From Bacillota bacterium (GTDB lineage: Bacteria; Bacillota_I; Bacilli_A; RF39; UBA660), in assembly GCA_015059155.1 (NCBI GenBank), contig SVAX01000002.1:85561-149560 (forward strand): a DNA stretch of 64,000 nucleotides, in the 5' to 3' direction. The position numbers were made by a program, and so were the translations under genes. The notes under the pieces are model-generated. The model did not search any database. It worked only from the letters and a program-made list of their open reading frames with translations, and had not been told where the DNA came from. Positions 45,447 through 55,930 of the stretch are shown one piece after another. Each line of letters begins with the position of its first letter. The first letter of the stretch is position 1.

Positions 45447-46244
45447 CTATAAGAACAATATTACAAGCAATCCTACTATAAAACAATAAATTGAGAAATA
45501 AATTAATTTTCCATTATTTACAATCTTTCTAAACCATTTAGTTACAAGTAAAGTAACTACTAATGAAACAATAATAGAACAAATATAATAGAATATTAAA
45601 CTTGGATCAATATTTAAATCAAATATTTCAAGTGCCATAGCAGCTATACTCATAGGTATATACAACATAAATGAATACTTAAAAGCAGTATCTCTTTTTA
45701 AACCTTGAGTCATTCCTCCAACAATTGTTGATCCACTCCTACTTATACCAGGAAATAATCCTAATATTTGAAAACATCCAACAGTCAAAGCTTCCTTAAT
45801 CCCTATCTTACTATCTTCTTTTTTACCTTTAAAGTTTCTAATAATAAATAACAATATAGCTGTAATAATCAAAGAAAAACCAACTATTTTTACATTATTT
45901 TCTATTTTATCAAATACATCAAAATAACTAACTAACAGTCCTACTAGTCCAGCAGGTACACATCCAAGTACAATCATCCATGCATATTTATAATCAATTT
46001 TAGCTTTCTCATCTTTAGTCTTTAAATATTTAAAGAAACCTTTAATAATTTTTAAAATATCATTCCAAAATAATATTATAATAGCTATTAAAGAACCAAA
46101 ATTAGTTAAAATAGCTATTGTATCAAAATCCACATTAACACACATTATCTCTTTAAAAATCATTAAATGACCACTAGATGACACAGGTATAGTCTCTGTC
46201 ATACCTTGTATAAACCCTAAAAATATATATTTTAATAATTCCAT
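45447..46244 (-). CDS. uppP: Undecaprenyl-diphosphate phosphatase
   Basis: QGMTETIPVSSSGH, PGISRSGSTI. Confidence 0.95.
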   Translation of the reverse strand: MELLKYIFLGFIQGMTETIPVSSSGHLMIFKEIMCVNVDFDTIAILTNFGSLIAIIILFWNDILKIIKGFFKYLKTKDEKAKIDYKYAWMIVLGCVPAGLVGLLVSYFDVFDKIENNVKIVGFSLIITAILLFIIRNFKGKKEDSKIGIKEALTVGCFQILGLFPGISRSGSTIVGGMTQGLKRDTAFKYSFMLYIPMSIAAMALEIFDLNIDPSLIFYYICSIIVSLVVTLLVTKWFRKIVNNGKLIYFSIYCFIVGLLVILFL

Positions 46245-46328
46245 ATAATCACCTATTTAATTATATAACAAAACTAAAGAATAATAAATAAAAAATTAAT
46301 AATTTAATAAAATTTATTAGGTGGTTAT

Positions 46329-46556
46329 ATGTTTTTTAGATTCTTTTTATTCCTTATTGGGTTTGGACTTACAACCATTGGTTCAGTATATATTATTTGT
46401 TATTTAAATTTATTTAGTATTGGGTATAATTTTTTTGATTATGTTAATTTTATAATTAGAAGAGTTGAATGTTTAAATACTTTTATTGGTATTATTATAA
46501 TGATTTTATCTTTAACTATAAGAGGAAAGGATGAAAAAAATGAATTATATTTATGA
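46329..46556 (+). CDS. Small two-TM hypothetical protein
   Basis: RBS AGGTGG, overlaps next gene. Confidence 0.55.
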   Translation: MFFRFFLFLIGFGLTTIGSVYIICYLNLFSIGYNFFDYVNFIIRRVECLNTFIGIIIMILSLTIRGKDEKNELYL

Positions 46557-47160
46557 CATATATTTAAATTTAAATGAAACGCTTTATGATTTTTTTGATT
46601 GGAATAAAAATGATAAACTAATACATATAAAAAAAATACCTATTTTTAAAGTAAATGAAGATATATTAAGGACTATAATTAACAACCAAATAAAAATAGA
46701 CGATGATTTACTACTTCAAATATATAATAAAACTGAAATTTGGATGATGAGTGGCAAAATAAATTATTGTGCTTTATTTTCTGATAGCAATACCATCATA
46801 GCAGTAGAATTCAACAAGAGTGGTAAGAGTATTAGAAAATCATTTTTATATATTGATGAAGAATTAGAAGTTTTAGAAGTAATTAATAAGTTAAATGAAA
46901 GATATATAGACTTTAATATTTTAAATAAGGAAAAAAATGTTTTTAAAACTAGAAAACAAGTAAAAGAAGAAAAATTTATTAATAGTGAATTACACCATAT
47001 GGAGGATAATAAATTAAGTTATATATATTTTGAATGTTTTGGAATACATGAAAAAAACAAAAAAATAATTTTAGAAAATATAAACAAAATTTCTAAAAAT
47101 AGTAAAACTTATAAAAATTTATATGATATTTTAAAATTAACATCAACAACTAAAAAATAA
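46531..47160 (+). CDS. DUF3603 (YjbA)-like protein
   Basis: YIYDIYLN..YDFFDWNKND, HIKKIPIFKV. Confidence 0.65.
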   Translation: MKKMNYIYDIYLNLNETLYDFFDWNKNDKLIHIKKIPIFKVNEDILRTIINNQIKIDDDLLLQIYNKTEIWMMSGKINYCALFSDSNTIIAVEFNKSGKSIRKSFLYIDEELEVLEVINKLNERYIDFNILNKEKNVFKTRKQVKEEKFINSELHHMEDNKLSYIYFECFGIHEKNKKIILENINKISKNSKTYKNLYDILKLTSTTKK

Positions 47161-47186
47161 AATGATATAATGGTTGTGGTGGTTGT

Positions 47187-48386
47187 ATGATAAAAATTGA
47201 CAAACTAGATCATTATGGTAGAGGAATAACTAGAATAAATAATAAAACAGCTTTTATTGAAAATGCTTTACCTGGTGAAATAGTAGAAGTAAAAATTCAT
47301 AAAGAAAAGAAAAAATTCATTGAAGGTATTGTTTTAAAATACATTCAAAAATCTGATAAAAGGATTAGTACAAATTGCCCTTATTATGAATCATGCGGTG
47401 GGTGTAATATAATGCACCTAGATTACCAAAATCAGCTTAAATTTAAACAGGACAAAATACAAAATATTATTAGCAAATATTTAAATAAGAATATTAAGAT
47501 CAATAATATTGTTGGTTGTGACACAAACAAAAATTACAGAAATAAGGTTACATTTCAAGTAAAAGAAAGTATTGGATTTTATAAAAATAGTACTTATGAC
47601 ATTATAAGTATTGACGAATGTTTAATTAGTGATGAATTAATAAATAATTGTATTAAATATCTAAAAAGGCTTGATTTAAAAAGTATAGATAAAATAATTT
47701 GTAGAACTGGTTCAAATGAACTTATGATTATTATAGAAACAAAAAGTATTGATTTAGATATTACTCCATTAAAAGAAATTGCACATTCTATATATTTAAA
47801 AACAAATAATGAATATACGCACGTATTTGGAAATAAAAATATCTATGAAATCTTAGATAACTATAAATTTAAAATATCTCCAGACTCATTTTTTCAAATA
47901 AATATAAATACTTGTTTAAAACTTTATAACAAAGTTAAAGATTATGTAGGTAAAGGAAAAAATGTAATTGACTTATATTGTGGAACTGGATCTATAGGAA
48001 TATTTGTTAATGAAGGTAATAAAGTTATTGGGATAGAAATAAATGAATTTGCAATAAAAGATGCTTTAGAAAATAAAAAACTTAATAATTTAGAGAATAT
48101 TGATTTTATATGTGGAGACAGTGGTAAAAGGTTAAAAGAATTAAGTTTTAATCCAGATGTTATAATTGTAGATCCTCCAAGAAGTGGTTTGAACAAAGAA
48201 ACAATTAATAATATTTTAAAGTTTGATCCTAAAGAAATAGTTTATGTTTCTTGTGATCCTATGACACTTACAAGAGATTTAAATATTCTTAGTGAATATT
48301 ATAATATAAAAGAAGTAACTCCTTTTGATATGTTTCCCAACACTCATCATGTAGAATGCTTAACTCATTTATTAAAGAAAATGTAA
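47187..48386 (+). CDS. rlmD: 23S rRNA m5U1939 methyltransferase
   Basis: TRAM domain, CPYYESCGGC, DLYCGTG, DPPRSG, YVSC, DMFPNTHHVE. Confidence 0.95.
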   Translation: MIKIDKLDHYGRGITRINNKTAFIENALPGEIVEVKIHKEKKKFIEGIVLKYIQKSDKRISTNCPYYESCGGCNIMHLDYQNQLKFKQDKIQNIISKYLNKNIKINNIVGCDTNKNYRNKVTFQVKESIGFYKNSTYDIISIDECLISDELINNCIKYLKRLDLKSIDKIICRTGSNELMIIIETKSIDLDITPLKEIAHSIYLKTNNEYTHVFGNKNIYEILDNYKFKISPDSFFQININTCLKLYNKVKDYVGKGKNVIDLYCGTGSIGIFVNEGNKVIGIEINEFAIKDALENKKLNNLENIDFICGDSGKRLKELSFNPDVIIVDPPRSGLNKETINNILKFDPKEIVYVSCDPMTLTRDLNILSEYYNIKEVTPFDMFPNTHHVECLTHLLKKM

Positions 48387-48490
48387 AAAAATGTATATTT
48401 TTTAGAAAAACTACATAAAAGTAGTTTTTTCTATGTTTTTTGCTCCTATTAAATGTTAAAATTAAGTTGATATAATATGAGGAGGTTCTT

Positions 48491-49270
48491 ATGATATATA
48501 ATTTTAAAGAATATAAGACTTCATTTGATACTCCAATGAGAAGACAACAAGAACTTGCAATTTCAAGAAAAATAATGGATTTATTAAACAAAAATAAATA
48601 TGATGATTTAGAAGAATTTATAACTAAAAATAGTAATTATCAAGATTTTCTTAGAAATAACAATATGGAAACAGTGGTAAAACACTTTGGAAATACTTTA
48701 AAAGAAAATGATTATGCAAAAATATTAGAAAACTTAAGAGTTCTTACAAAAACTAAAAAAGATTTTGAAAAGGACAATATTAAAACTACTAATATAAACG
48801 ATAAACAATATACAACTTTTAAAGGTGAAGATAAAACATATTTTATAGATAACTCTAGAAGTGAAAAGTCTATTGAAGAACAAATGAAAGATTTACAAAC
48901 TACACAGCAAGATTTTCAAACTTCTAATCAAAATAAAAATACAGAGAATATGTTTAAGGAACTAGAAACAAGAAAAGAAATACTAAATTTAAATTACTTA
49001 AATCAAATTAATTATGAATTATTAAACGATGAAGAAAAAGTATTATTTCAAATAGCTAATGATTATCAACAAAACATAGACGGTACTATAAGAGTTGATT
49101 TAAAAAAAGGTGTTATTGTTGATGAATTAAATGAAATTATGAAAATAGAAAAAAATAATGGTGAATTCACTATAATAAAAGATGAAAACGGTGTTGAAAA
49201 AGAAGAAGTTAAAGAAAAAACTTTTCAAAAAACATTAACACCTAATAGAAATACTATTTATAGTAATTAG
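48491..49270 (+). CDS. Hypothetical soluble protein
   Basis: 259 aa ORF with GGAGG RBS. Confidence 0.6.
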   Translation: MIYNFKEYKTSFDTPMRRQQELAISRKIMDLLNKNKYDDLEEFITKNSNYQDFLRNNNMETVVKHFGNTLKENDYAKILENLRVLTKTKKDFEKDNIKTTNINDKQYTTFKGEDKTYFIDNSRSEKSIEEQMKDLQTTQQDFQTSNQNKNTENMFKELETRKEILNLNYLNQINYELLNDEEKVLFQIANDYQQNIDGTIRVDLKKGVIVDELNEIMKIEKNNGEFTIIKDENGVEKEEVKEKTFQKTLTPNRNTIYSN

Positions 49271-49283
49271 AAAGGATGATATT

Positions 49284-49730
49284 ATGAATAATAATCGAAT
49301 GAATTTCGACCCTATGACAGGGCAACCTATTAATCAAAATACTAATGCCAATAATGTTTATAACAATAATGTGACACCTAATACAGTGCCACAAGATAAT
49401 ATTCAACCGATTCCTTCTGTTCAACCAGTCCCTACTGTGGAATCTGTTCAACCTGTTCCTCCTACTCAAAACACACAAACCACACCTACAGTAGATCCTA
49501 CTCAAATGGCTCAACCTACACCTATAGTTAATACCCAACAACAAATGCAAAATATTCCAACAGTTGATCAAACAAAACAAGAATTTATTAATAATACACA
49601 AGCAAATAACACTGTTAAAAAAGATGAAAAAAAGGATGCTCCTAATATTGTATTTATTGTAATTTTATTTGTAATTATATTAGCTGCAATATTGTTCTTA
49701 TTCCCTTATTTACATAATCTTTTAGGTTAA
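49284..49730 (+). CDS. P/Q/N/T-rich protein with C-terminal TM
   Basis: FDPMTGQP motif, PVQP repeats, terminal TM. Confidence 0.65.
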   Translation: MNNNRMNFDPMTGQPINQNTNANNVYNNNVTPNTVPQDNIQPIPSVQPVPTVESVQPVPPTQNTQTTPTVDPTQMAQPTPIVNTQQQMQNIPTVDQTKQEFINNTQANNTVKKDEKKDAPNIVFIVILFVIILAAILFLFPYLHNLLG

Positions 49731-49763
49731 TGAAAAAATCTTTAGATAAAATTCTAAAGATTT

Positions 49764-50837
49764 TTAATTTAATTTTAAAACTTGGCCTATGCTTAGTACT
49801 GTAGTACCTAAATTATTTAATTTCATTAATTCACTTACTGTGGTATTATTTGATTGGGCTATCTTATATAAACTATCTCCACTCTTGACTGTATATGTAC
49901 TTGAACTATTATTTGGTAATTTCAACACTTGACCTATGCTTAATAAAGTGCTAGATAAATTATTTAAATTCATCAGTTGACTTACTGTTGTGTTATTTAC
50001 TCTAGCTATTTCATATAAATTATCTCCACTTTTTACTGTATATGTATTTACTGCACTAGATGTACTAGGTAACTTTAAAACTTGACCTATACTTAATGCT
50101 GTACTGCTTAAATTATTTAAACTAACTAACTCATTTACTGTCGTATTATAGTTTTGAGCTATCTTATATAAACTATCCCCACTCTTAACTGTATATGTAT
50201 TACCAGTAGGTGTAACTACAGGGATTTCTAATATTTGACCTATACTAAGAGAAGTAGATGTTAAATTATTCAACTTCATTATTTCACTTACTGTAGTATC
50301 ATAATTTTGTGCTATTTTATATAGACTGTCTCCTCTTTTTACTACATAAACATTTTCTTTTGGTTCTTCTTTTTCAATAACAGGGATCTTTAATACATCA
50401 CCAATTGTAAGCATAGAACTAGTAAGCCCGTTAGCGTCTTTTAAATCTGGCACACTTATATTATACTTTTTAGCTATACTCCATAAGCTATCTCCACTTT
50501 TTACTGTATAATAGTTTGCTCCCTCTACAGGCACATATGTTAAATTTAAATATTCTATAATAGCCCTAACAACTGCTTCTGCATAATTTTCCCAGTTGTT
50601 TTTTAATTGACTAATATCATCACCAGTACTATCTAAAAAACCATACTCTACTGTAATAGACTCTGTATCTCCTGTATTTCTTTGCATAAAATAATAATCT
50701 TTTGACGTATCACTAGGTAATCTTCTTTGATATGCTTTTCTGATATTTTGTCCTTCGTTTTCTAGCTCTGTTAATATTAAATTAGATAATGTATCTTTAT
50801 TTCTAAGTGCATAAATCACTTCAGCACCATCGCCACC
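49764..50837 (-). CDS. 3' fragment of split N-acetylmuramoyl-L-alanine amidase with five LysM repeats
   Basis: Begins GGDGAEVIYALRN; catalytic VEYGF; five YxVKxGDxL LysM repeats; the MDTR start comes from element DNA. Confidence 0.9.
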   Translation of the reverse strand, partial: GGDGAEVIYALRNKDTLSNLILTELENEGQNIRKAYQRRLPSDTSKDYYFMQRNTGDTESITVEYGFLDSTGDDISQLKNNWENYAEAVVRAIIEYLNLTYVPVEGANYYTVKSGDSLWSIAKKYNISVPDLKDANGLTSSMLTIGDVLKIPVIEKEEPKENVYVVKRGDSLYKIAQNYDTTVSEIMKLNNLTSTSLSIGQILEIPVVTPTGNTYTVKSGDSLYKIAQNYNTTVNELVSLNNLSSTALSIGQVLKLPSTSSAVNTYTVKSGDNLYEIARVNNTTVSQLMNLNNLSSTLLSIGQVLKLPNNSSSTYTVKSGDSLYKIAQSNNTTVSELMKLNNLGTTVLSIGQVLKLN

Positions 50838-51036
50838 ACGTGTATCCATTTACCAATAGTAAATAAAATATTGTATATAAGAATAAAAATAAAGTGATGA
50901 CACTAGACGCTAAATCGCCACGACCATCACTCCTATTACATAGTATTAATCTATGTAAAAAGTATGTCTCCAACGAATGATACATAAAAAGTCCCAAACA
51001 GCACGTCCGAAACGAATGGAGCATTTACTTTAATTA

Positions 51037-51101
51037 AGCAGATTGTTCCGACCGACAAGATTGATATTCAATCAGTAAATCGGTTTGTAGAACAATCTGC
51101 T
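51037..51101. repeat. Long imperfect hairpin, copy 1
   Basis: AGCAGATTGTTC/GAACAATCTGCT 12-bp stem; inner TTCCGAC...GTTTGTAGAA. Confidence 0.75.
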
Positions 51102-51422
51102 AATAGTAATTATACTTAAAAATTTTAAAAAGTCAATCAAATATTAAAAAAAGCCATCAATCCCAATATACGAATCAAGACTTTTCTTTTATTAGATTAT
51201 TCATAACAATTATTAAATAAATCAGTATGACTATAATCTACTATTATTTCAAAAAATTAAACTGATTCATAAATCAATCTTCATCATACGTCCAAAACGT
51301 CGAATAGTTTTTTGATATAAAGATTATAACATTATAACTATAAAAAATCAAACTAGTATAGCAACTTAACTTACATTTTAGCATTATACATGATATACTA
51401 TAAATAGTTAAAGAGGTGAATT

Positions 51423-52007
51423 ATGAAAATAATAAAAGACCATCGTTATTACATTGATGAATATAAAACATTGAAAAATTTTCTTGATGGTTTAATAGAA
51501 TTGCTTAATAATAAAAAAATTAAAGGAATATTTTCTCAAGACGCAATAACATACTCGTCTAATGCAAAATTTACAGATAAAATATATAGTCTGATTGATT
51601 ATAATTTTATTGTTTTTGATGATGATACAGTTATAAAATTTGAATATAATTTTTTTAGTATGCTGTATGTATACTACACTGATATAAAGTGTTTATGGGA
51701 TGAAGATCTAGAAATAATAAAAAACGAAGCATTCAAGTTAGAATTAGATTATTCCAACAGCTCCATAATAGATTATGAAATAGAAAGATTCTCAGATGAA
51801 TATATAATTAATCCAAGGGATGATGCAACTAGACCAGAAGGTGGAGACTATTTTAAAGAAATTATATTTCATTTAAGCAATAACAAAAAATTATGTATAT
51901 GTGCAGAAAATGCAGAATTTGATGGATATTGTGATGTCTGGATAGAAAATGATAACTTAAAAGGAATATACAATAGTGATAGTCATAAAGTTTGGTGGAA
52001 AGATTAA
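51423..52007 (+). CDS. Hypothetical protein
   Basis: 194 aa, GAGGTG RBS. Confidence 0.65.
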   Translation: MKIIKDHRYYIDEYKTLKNFLDGLIELLNNKKIKGIFSQDAITYSSNAKFTDKIYSLIDYNFIVFDDDTVIKFEYNFFSMLYVYYTDIKCLWDEDLEIIKNEAFKLELDYSNSSIIDYEIERFSDEYIINPRDDATRPEGGDYFKEIIFHLSNNKKLCICAENAEFDGYCDVWIENDNLKGIYNSDSHKVWWKD

Positions 52008-52014
52008 TAAAAAA

Positions 52015-52072
52015 CAGTTTATTCCGACAGGTCTTCTAAATAAATTAGCGAGTCTGTTTGTAGAATAAACTG
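52015..52072. repeat. Long imperfect hairpin, copy 2
   Basis: CAGTTTATTC/GAATAAACTG stem; same TTCCGAC...GTTTGTAGAA core with compensatory stem changes. Confidence 0.75.
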
Positions 52073-52230
52073 AAAAAACATAGGATGTGGAATTAAATGA
52101 CTTATAGTCCTTCAATATTAACGTCCAAAACGACACATCTGGTTTTTATAACAATACTATATAATAAATTATAATTATTGTCAATTAAATATTGAGATTT
52201 TAATATATAATAAAAACAATATTTTTAGAG

Positions 52231-52767
52231 GTGAATAATATGTGGATAAAATTTAATTTAGAAGAAATGATTTTGGAATTGAAAATAGAAAATTATGAAC
52301 CTAATCAAACGCTTGATGGTTCTTGGACAAAAGTATCCTTTAATTTTAAGTTTGAAAACATAATTAACTATAGTACACAAAATAATGAAATTTTATTATG
52401 TTGTGAAATTGATGAATTAAGAGATAAATTTTTTAATTTATTAAATGACAAATTAACAGAAAATGTTTATTATAGTTGTTTAGAACCTGATTTTGAATTT
52501 ATACTTCGTCCAAAATTTGATGTTCGCAATAATCCGAATTTAATATATGTTAAACCAGGAAATGAAATTATTGATATAGATATGGAATTAAGGGTAAATC
52601 TATGGAATAATGGACTAACATGTAATTATTTTTCTACTTCATTTTATAGGGAAGAAATAAATAATTTATACTTATATTTTTCTTTAATATCTAATAAAAT
52701 ATCCTTAAATGATGAAAAAATAAAAAAATTAATTGATTTAGGGATTATTTATAGAGATACTAAATAA
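52231..52767 (+). CDS. Hypothetical protein (WapI/immunity-like appearance)
   Basis: Acidic/aromatic; LEPDFEF motif; family assignment weak. Confidence 0.55.
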   Translation: MNNMWIKFNLEEMILELKIENYEPNQTLDGSWTKVSFNFKFENIINYSTQNNEILLCCEIDELRDKFFNLLNDKLTENVYYSCLEPDFEFILRPKFDVRNNPNLIYVKPGNEIIDIDMELRVNLWNNGLTCNYFSTSFYREEINNLYLYFSLISNKISLNDEKIKKLIDLGIIYRDTK

Positions 52768-52797
52768 ATTTATTGTATTTTTGAAAGAAGGTATTAT

Positions 52798-53508
52798 ATG
52801 AGCTTATTAAAAGGAAAACATTTTTTTGATACTATATATCATTATGACAACACTGAAATCATTTTAAAAAAAGAGAAAAATAAATACTACATTATCGTTA
52901 ATAACAAAAAATTTGAATTTAACAGTTATAAAAAAGCAATTAATTATGGAATAATAGAATCATACCCTAATATAAAAATTAATATTAAAGATATAGATAA
53001 AATACTAAATTATTACCAAAAAATAGAGAAAATCAAATTAAAAGGGCAAAAACTGGGCAAAGACTTTTTTATAGATTATGAAGATGAAATGAAAGATGAA
53101 AATGATTTTTCTAATTATTGGATAAGAAAGAAATTAAGTGAAAAATATTATAAATTACCACTCGATAAAAGTAGCAAAAATATAAATGATAAAATGCTAT
53201 ATAAAAAATATGTATCTACTTTGGAAGATTTAATTGAAGAAATAAAATCTATAAAAGAAGATAAAAGAGACTTGGAAATGTATTGTATTCTAAATTATAG
53301 ACAGGTTGATTGTATAAATAGATGTGTTGAGGTAGATGAAGGTTGGTCAACTGATTTGTTAAAATTTGAACAATATTATAAAGAAATGATTGATTTTATA
53401 TACTATCCAGGATTTAAGTATAATGAAATTTCATTAGAAGAATTAGCTATAATTCAAATGATGGCATCACATTTAATATTACGAGCAAAAAATTTAATAA
53501 AAAAGTAA
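52798..53508 (+). CDS. Hypothetical protein
   Basis: 236 aa ORF, AAGG RBS. Confidence 0.55.
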   Translation: MSLLKGKHFFDTIYHYDNTEIILKKEKNKYYIIVNNKKFEFNSYKKAINYGIIESYPNIKINIKDIDKILNYYQKIEKIKLKGQKLGKDFFIDYEDEMKDENDFSNYWIRKKLSEKYYKLPLDKSSKNINDKMLYKKYVSTLEDLIEEIKSIKEDKRDLEMYCILNYRQVDCINRCVEVDEGWSTDLLKFEQYYKEMIDFIYYPGFKYNEISLEELAIIQMMASHLILRAKNLIKK

Positions 53509-53585
53509 TATGAAAATTATAACAAGCTTTATTAAAAATTATAATAATATTCCAACTTCCATTAACACAAAGATAAAAAACTTTT

Positions 53586-55244
53586 CTATTTTGTTTTACC
53601 TTTTTTACCATATGGATTTCTAATTAATTTTTTATTTTCATATCTAAAATTTATTTCCGGTATAACTTCATATTTAAATTTAATATTTATGTTTCTATTT
53701 TCATCTATCACAATTTTATCTATTAATGTATCAATTAGCTCTTTTTTAGGTTTGTTTAAATCTAAAAGTTTTTTTATTTTTTTAGTATAATTTGGCAAAA
53801 TATTTGCCTTATTTTTTATGTTTTCAATTTTATTCTTTTCTATTTCAATGCTATTATTAATTTTCTTTAATTTCCTTTCTGATTCCATAGATAGTTCTTT
53901 ATATAGTTCAGTTGTTATTATTCCATCACATCTATCATTATATAAATTAGATAATCTATTAATTATTTGTTCTTTTTCTAAAGTTAATTTATCAATAATT
54001 TTATCTATACTTTCAGTTTCTTTATGTATGTTTTTAACAACTTCTCTATTTAATTCTTGTAAATCTAATTCATTAATAAATATATATACAGCTGATTCAA
54101 TTTGTTCTAATAATTGTTGTTCTAAATAATCATATGGATAAAAATGAGAAGAACATCTACCCCTTTTTGGATCCCTAGAATATCTATTACAATTAATTGA
54201 CCAGTAATCAAACTTCTTTCTATAATAAACTGATAATCTATTACCACACTCTTTGCAATATATTTTTCCTTCAAACATTCTTTTAGGTCTTGTAGTTTTT
54301 AAAGAATAATTTCTAGAATGTCTATTCTTTAATGTTTGTACATATTCAAATGTTTTTTTATCTACTAATGGCTCATGAGTATTTTCTACTATTATCCACA
54401 AACTCTTATCTAAAGTTATTTTCTTCTTTGATTTATAATTAACTTTTGATTGAGTGTGTTGTACCATATCACCTGTATAGATTCTATTTGTAAGAATCTT
54501 TTTTACTGAAGATATATTCCACTCATCTCTAATAATTAATCTTGAAGAAAATTTAATATTCTTATATTGACTTGGAGTTGGTATATTTTCATTATTAAGT
54601 CTAGTTGCAATTTCAGTAGGACCAATGCCATCTACTCGCCATTTAAATATTTTTTTTACTGTCGGAGCTGTTTTAGGATCTGGTATTAAATGTCCTTTAT
54701 CTTCTGGATCTCTCATATATCCATAACTTGGTTTACTACCTATAAATTTACCATTACGTCTTTTGTCATTAAGTACATTTTTAATCTTAATAGAATTTTG
54801 TTTACTATAATAATCATTACAAGCAATAATAAATGTTGATGAATCATTACTCGCTTGATTTTTAAAACTATCATATGATTCTAGAATTGAAATAAATCTA
54901 ATACTATTCTCTGGAAAAAATGTTTCTATGTAATATCCAGTCATAACATGATCTCTACCAAATCTTGATAAATCTTTAACTATTACACAATTTATTTTTT
55001 TCTTTTTAATATCTTCTAACATTTTTTGAAATCCAGGTCTATCAAAATTTGTTCCTGAATATCCATCATCAACATATTCTCCAGATAAATTAAAATTATT
55101 ATTTTTAACATAACTTTTTAGTAATTCTTTTTGATTAATAACACTTTCACTATCAGATTCATATTTTTTATCTTTATCTTCTTGAGATAACCTAATGTAT
55201 ATTCCTACATTAAATTCTTGCTGGAGTAAATAATTATAATTCAT
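53586..55244 (-). CDS. Large serine recombinase (TnpX/CisA-like)
   Basis: YIRLSQED, VKDLSRFGR, GSKPSYGY, CKECG..C...C. Confidence 0.95.
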   Translation of the reverse strand: MNYNYLLQQEFNVGIYIRLSQEDKDKKYESDSESVINQKELLKSYVKNNNFNLSGEYVDDGYSGTNFDRPGFQKMLEDIKKKKINCVIVKDLSRFGRDHVMTGYYIETFFPENSIRFISILESYDSFKNQASNDSSTFIIACNDYYSKQNSIKIKNVLNDKRRNGKFIGSKPSYGYMRDPEDKGHLIPDPKTAPTVKKIFKWRVDGIGPTEIATRLNNENIPTPSQYKNIKFSSRLIIRDEWNISSVKKILTNRIYTGDMVQHTQSKVNYKSKKKITLDKSLWIIVENTHEPLVDKKTFEYVQTLKNRHSRNYSLKTTRPKRMFEGKIYCKECGNRLSVYYRKKFDYWSINCNRYSRDPKRGRCSSHFYPYDYLEQQLLEQIESAVYIFINELDLQELNREVVKNIHKETESIDKIIDKLTLEKEQIINRLSNLYNDRCDGIITTELYKELSMESERKLKKINNSIEIEKNKIENIKNKANILPNYTKKIKKLLDLNKPKKELIDTLIDKIVIDENRNINIKFKYEVIPEINFRYENKKLIRNPYGKKGKTK

Positions 55245-55296
55245 TTATGCCTCCTTTCTATTTAATAAAACACTTAAGTAATTAAATAATAACGCG

Positions 55297-55404
55297 CTAT
55301 TTAAAAAAATACAGCGCCTTATTTTCACTTTTTTCATTTTCTTTTGTTATCTCTTCAATAAGATATTTCAAAATTAAATCTTTAAAAGTTATATTGTTAT
55401 TCAT
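55297..55404 (-). CDS. 35-aa ORF upstream of the LSR
   Basis: MNNNITFKDLILKYLIEEITK...; AGGTG RBS; not in ORF track. Confidence 0.4.
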   Translation of the reverse strand: MNNNITFKDLILKYLIEEITKENEKSENKALYFFK

Positions 55405-55515
55405 AGCAACACCTATTTAAAGTTATGTTTTGTTTATTTACTTTATTATTTTTTAAATACATTTAAATCCCCCCTTTTTAATAATTAAAAGGTCCCTATG
55501 TTTCGGACATAAGGA

Positions 55516-55686
55516 CTATTTTTGACTTTCAAGTATTACTATAAGATTGTTATAAACATAATCTTTTAATAGATTTTCTAGAACAGATTGAATAGTAGTT
55601 TTCTTTATTTTAAGTATTTGTCTAAATGCGCCATTAAGATTAGAATCAATCACAAATTTAATTTGAATATTTTTTTCATTGTTCAT
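55516..55686 (-). CDS. 56-aa ribbon-helix-helix-like DNA-binding protein
   Basis: AAGGAG RBS; IQIKFVID alternating strand, then helices (GAFRQILK, IQSVLENLLKDYV); not in ORF track. Confidence 0.55.
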   Translation of the reverse strand: MNNEKNIQIKFVIDSNLNGAFRQILKIKKTTIQSVLENLLKDYVYNNLIVILESQK

Positions 55687-55721
55687 TTTTTCATCTCCTT
55701 TCTTTAAATTTTTGTATCAGA

Positions 55722-55833
55722 TTTATGTACCTAAAATTGCTAATTTTCAAATTTTGTTTCAATCAAAAAAAAGCAGGATAACTCCTGTTTACAAACAACT
55801 CACCAGTGGTGAGTTTAGCCTTATTTTATAAGG
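55722..55833 (-). promoter_or_regulatory. oriT-like conserved non-coding element, copy 2
   Basis: AACTCACC-ACT-GGTGAGTT hairpin (55797-55815); TATCCTGC (55773-55780) matches the IncP/T-border nick consensus YATCCTG/Y. Confidence 0.6.
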
Positions 55834-55870
55834 TATTGTTAAAATTGTAAGTGTTTACACTTGATGAGAT

Positions 55871-55930
55871 TGTTATACAATCGTAAACTTTTGAACCCTT
55901 ATTTTTCAATGGTGTTATACAATCGTAAAC
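55871..55930 (+). repeat. 18-bp direct repeat TGTTATACAATCGTAAAC
   Basis: Copies at 55871 and 55913, next to the oriT-like site. Confidence 0.8.

Noticed and set aside
48300-48420. rlmD 3' end as an LSR insertion site
   Set aside because: rlmD is a known hotspot, but here the gene is intact (FPNTHHVE..KKM*) with no adjacent recombinase
49764-50520. Regular ~150-bp repeats as a CRISPR or DGR array
   Set aside because: They are LysM coding repeats; no cas or reverse transcriptase genes in the window
50824-50830. GCACCAT next to the amidase junction as a fifth tRNA-type att core
   Set aside because: It is the reverse complement of coding ATGGTGC, with no CGAACTA arm or LSR module; about one chance hit per strand is expected in 64 kb
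50821-51024. Track ORFs starting MDTR (50849) and 50821-51024 as real genes
   Set aside because: The MDTR start lies in element DNA beyond the crossover; the other ORF is a chance frame across attR
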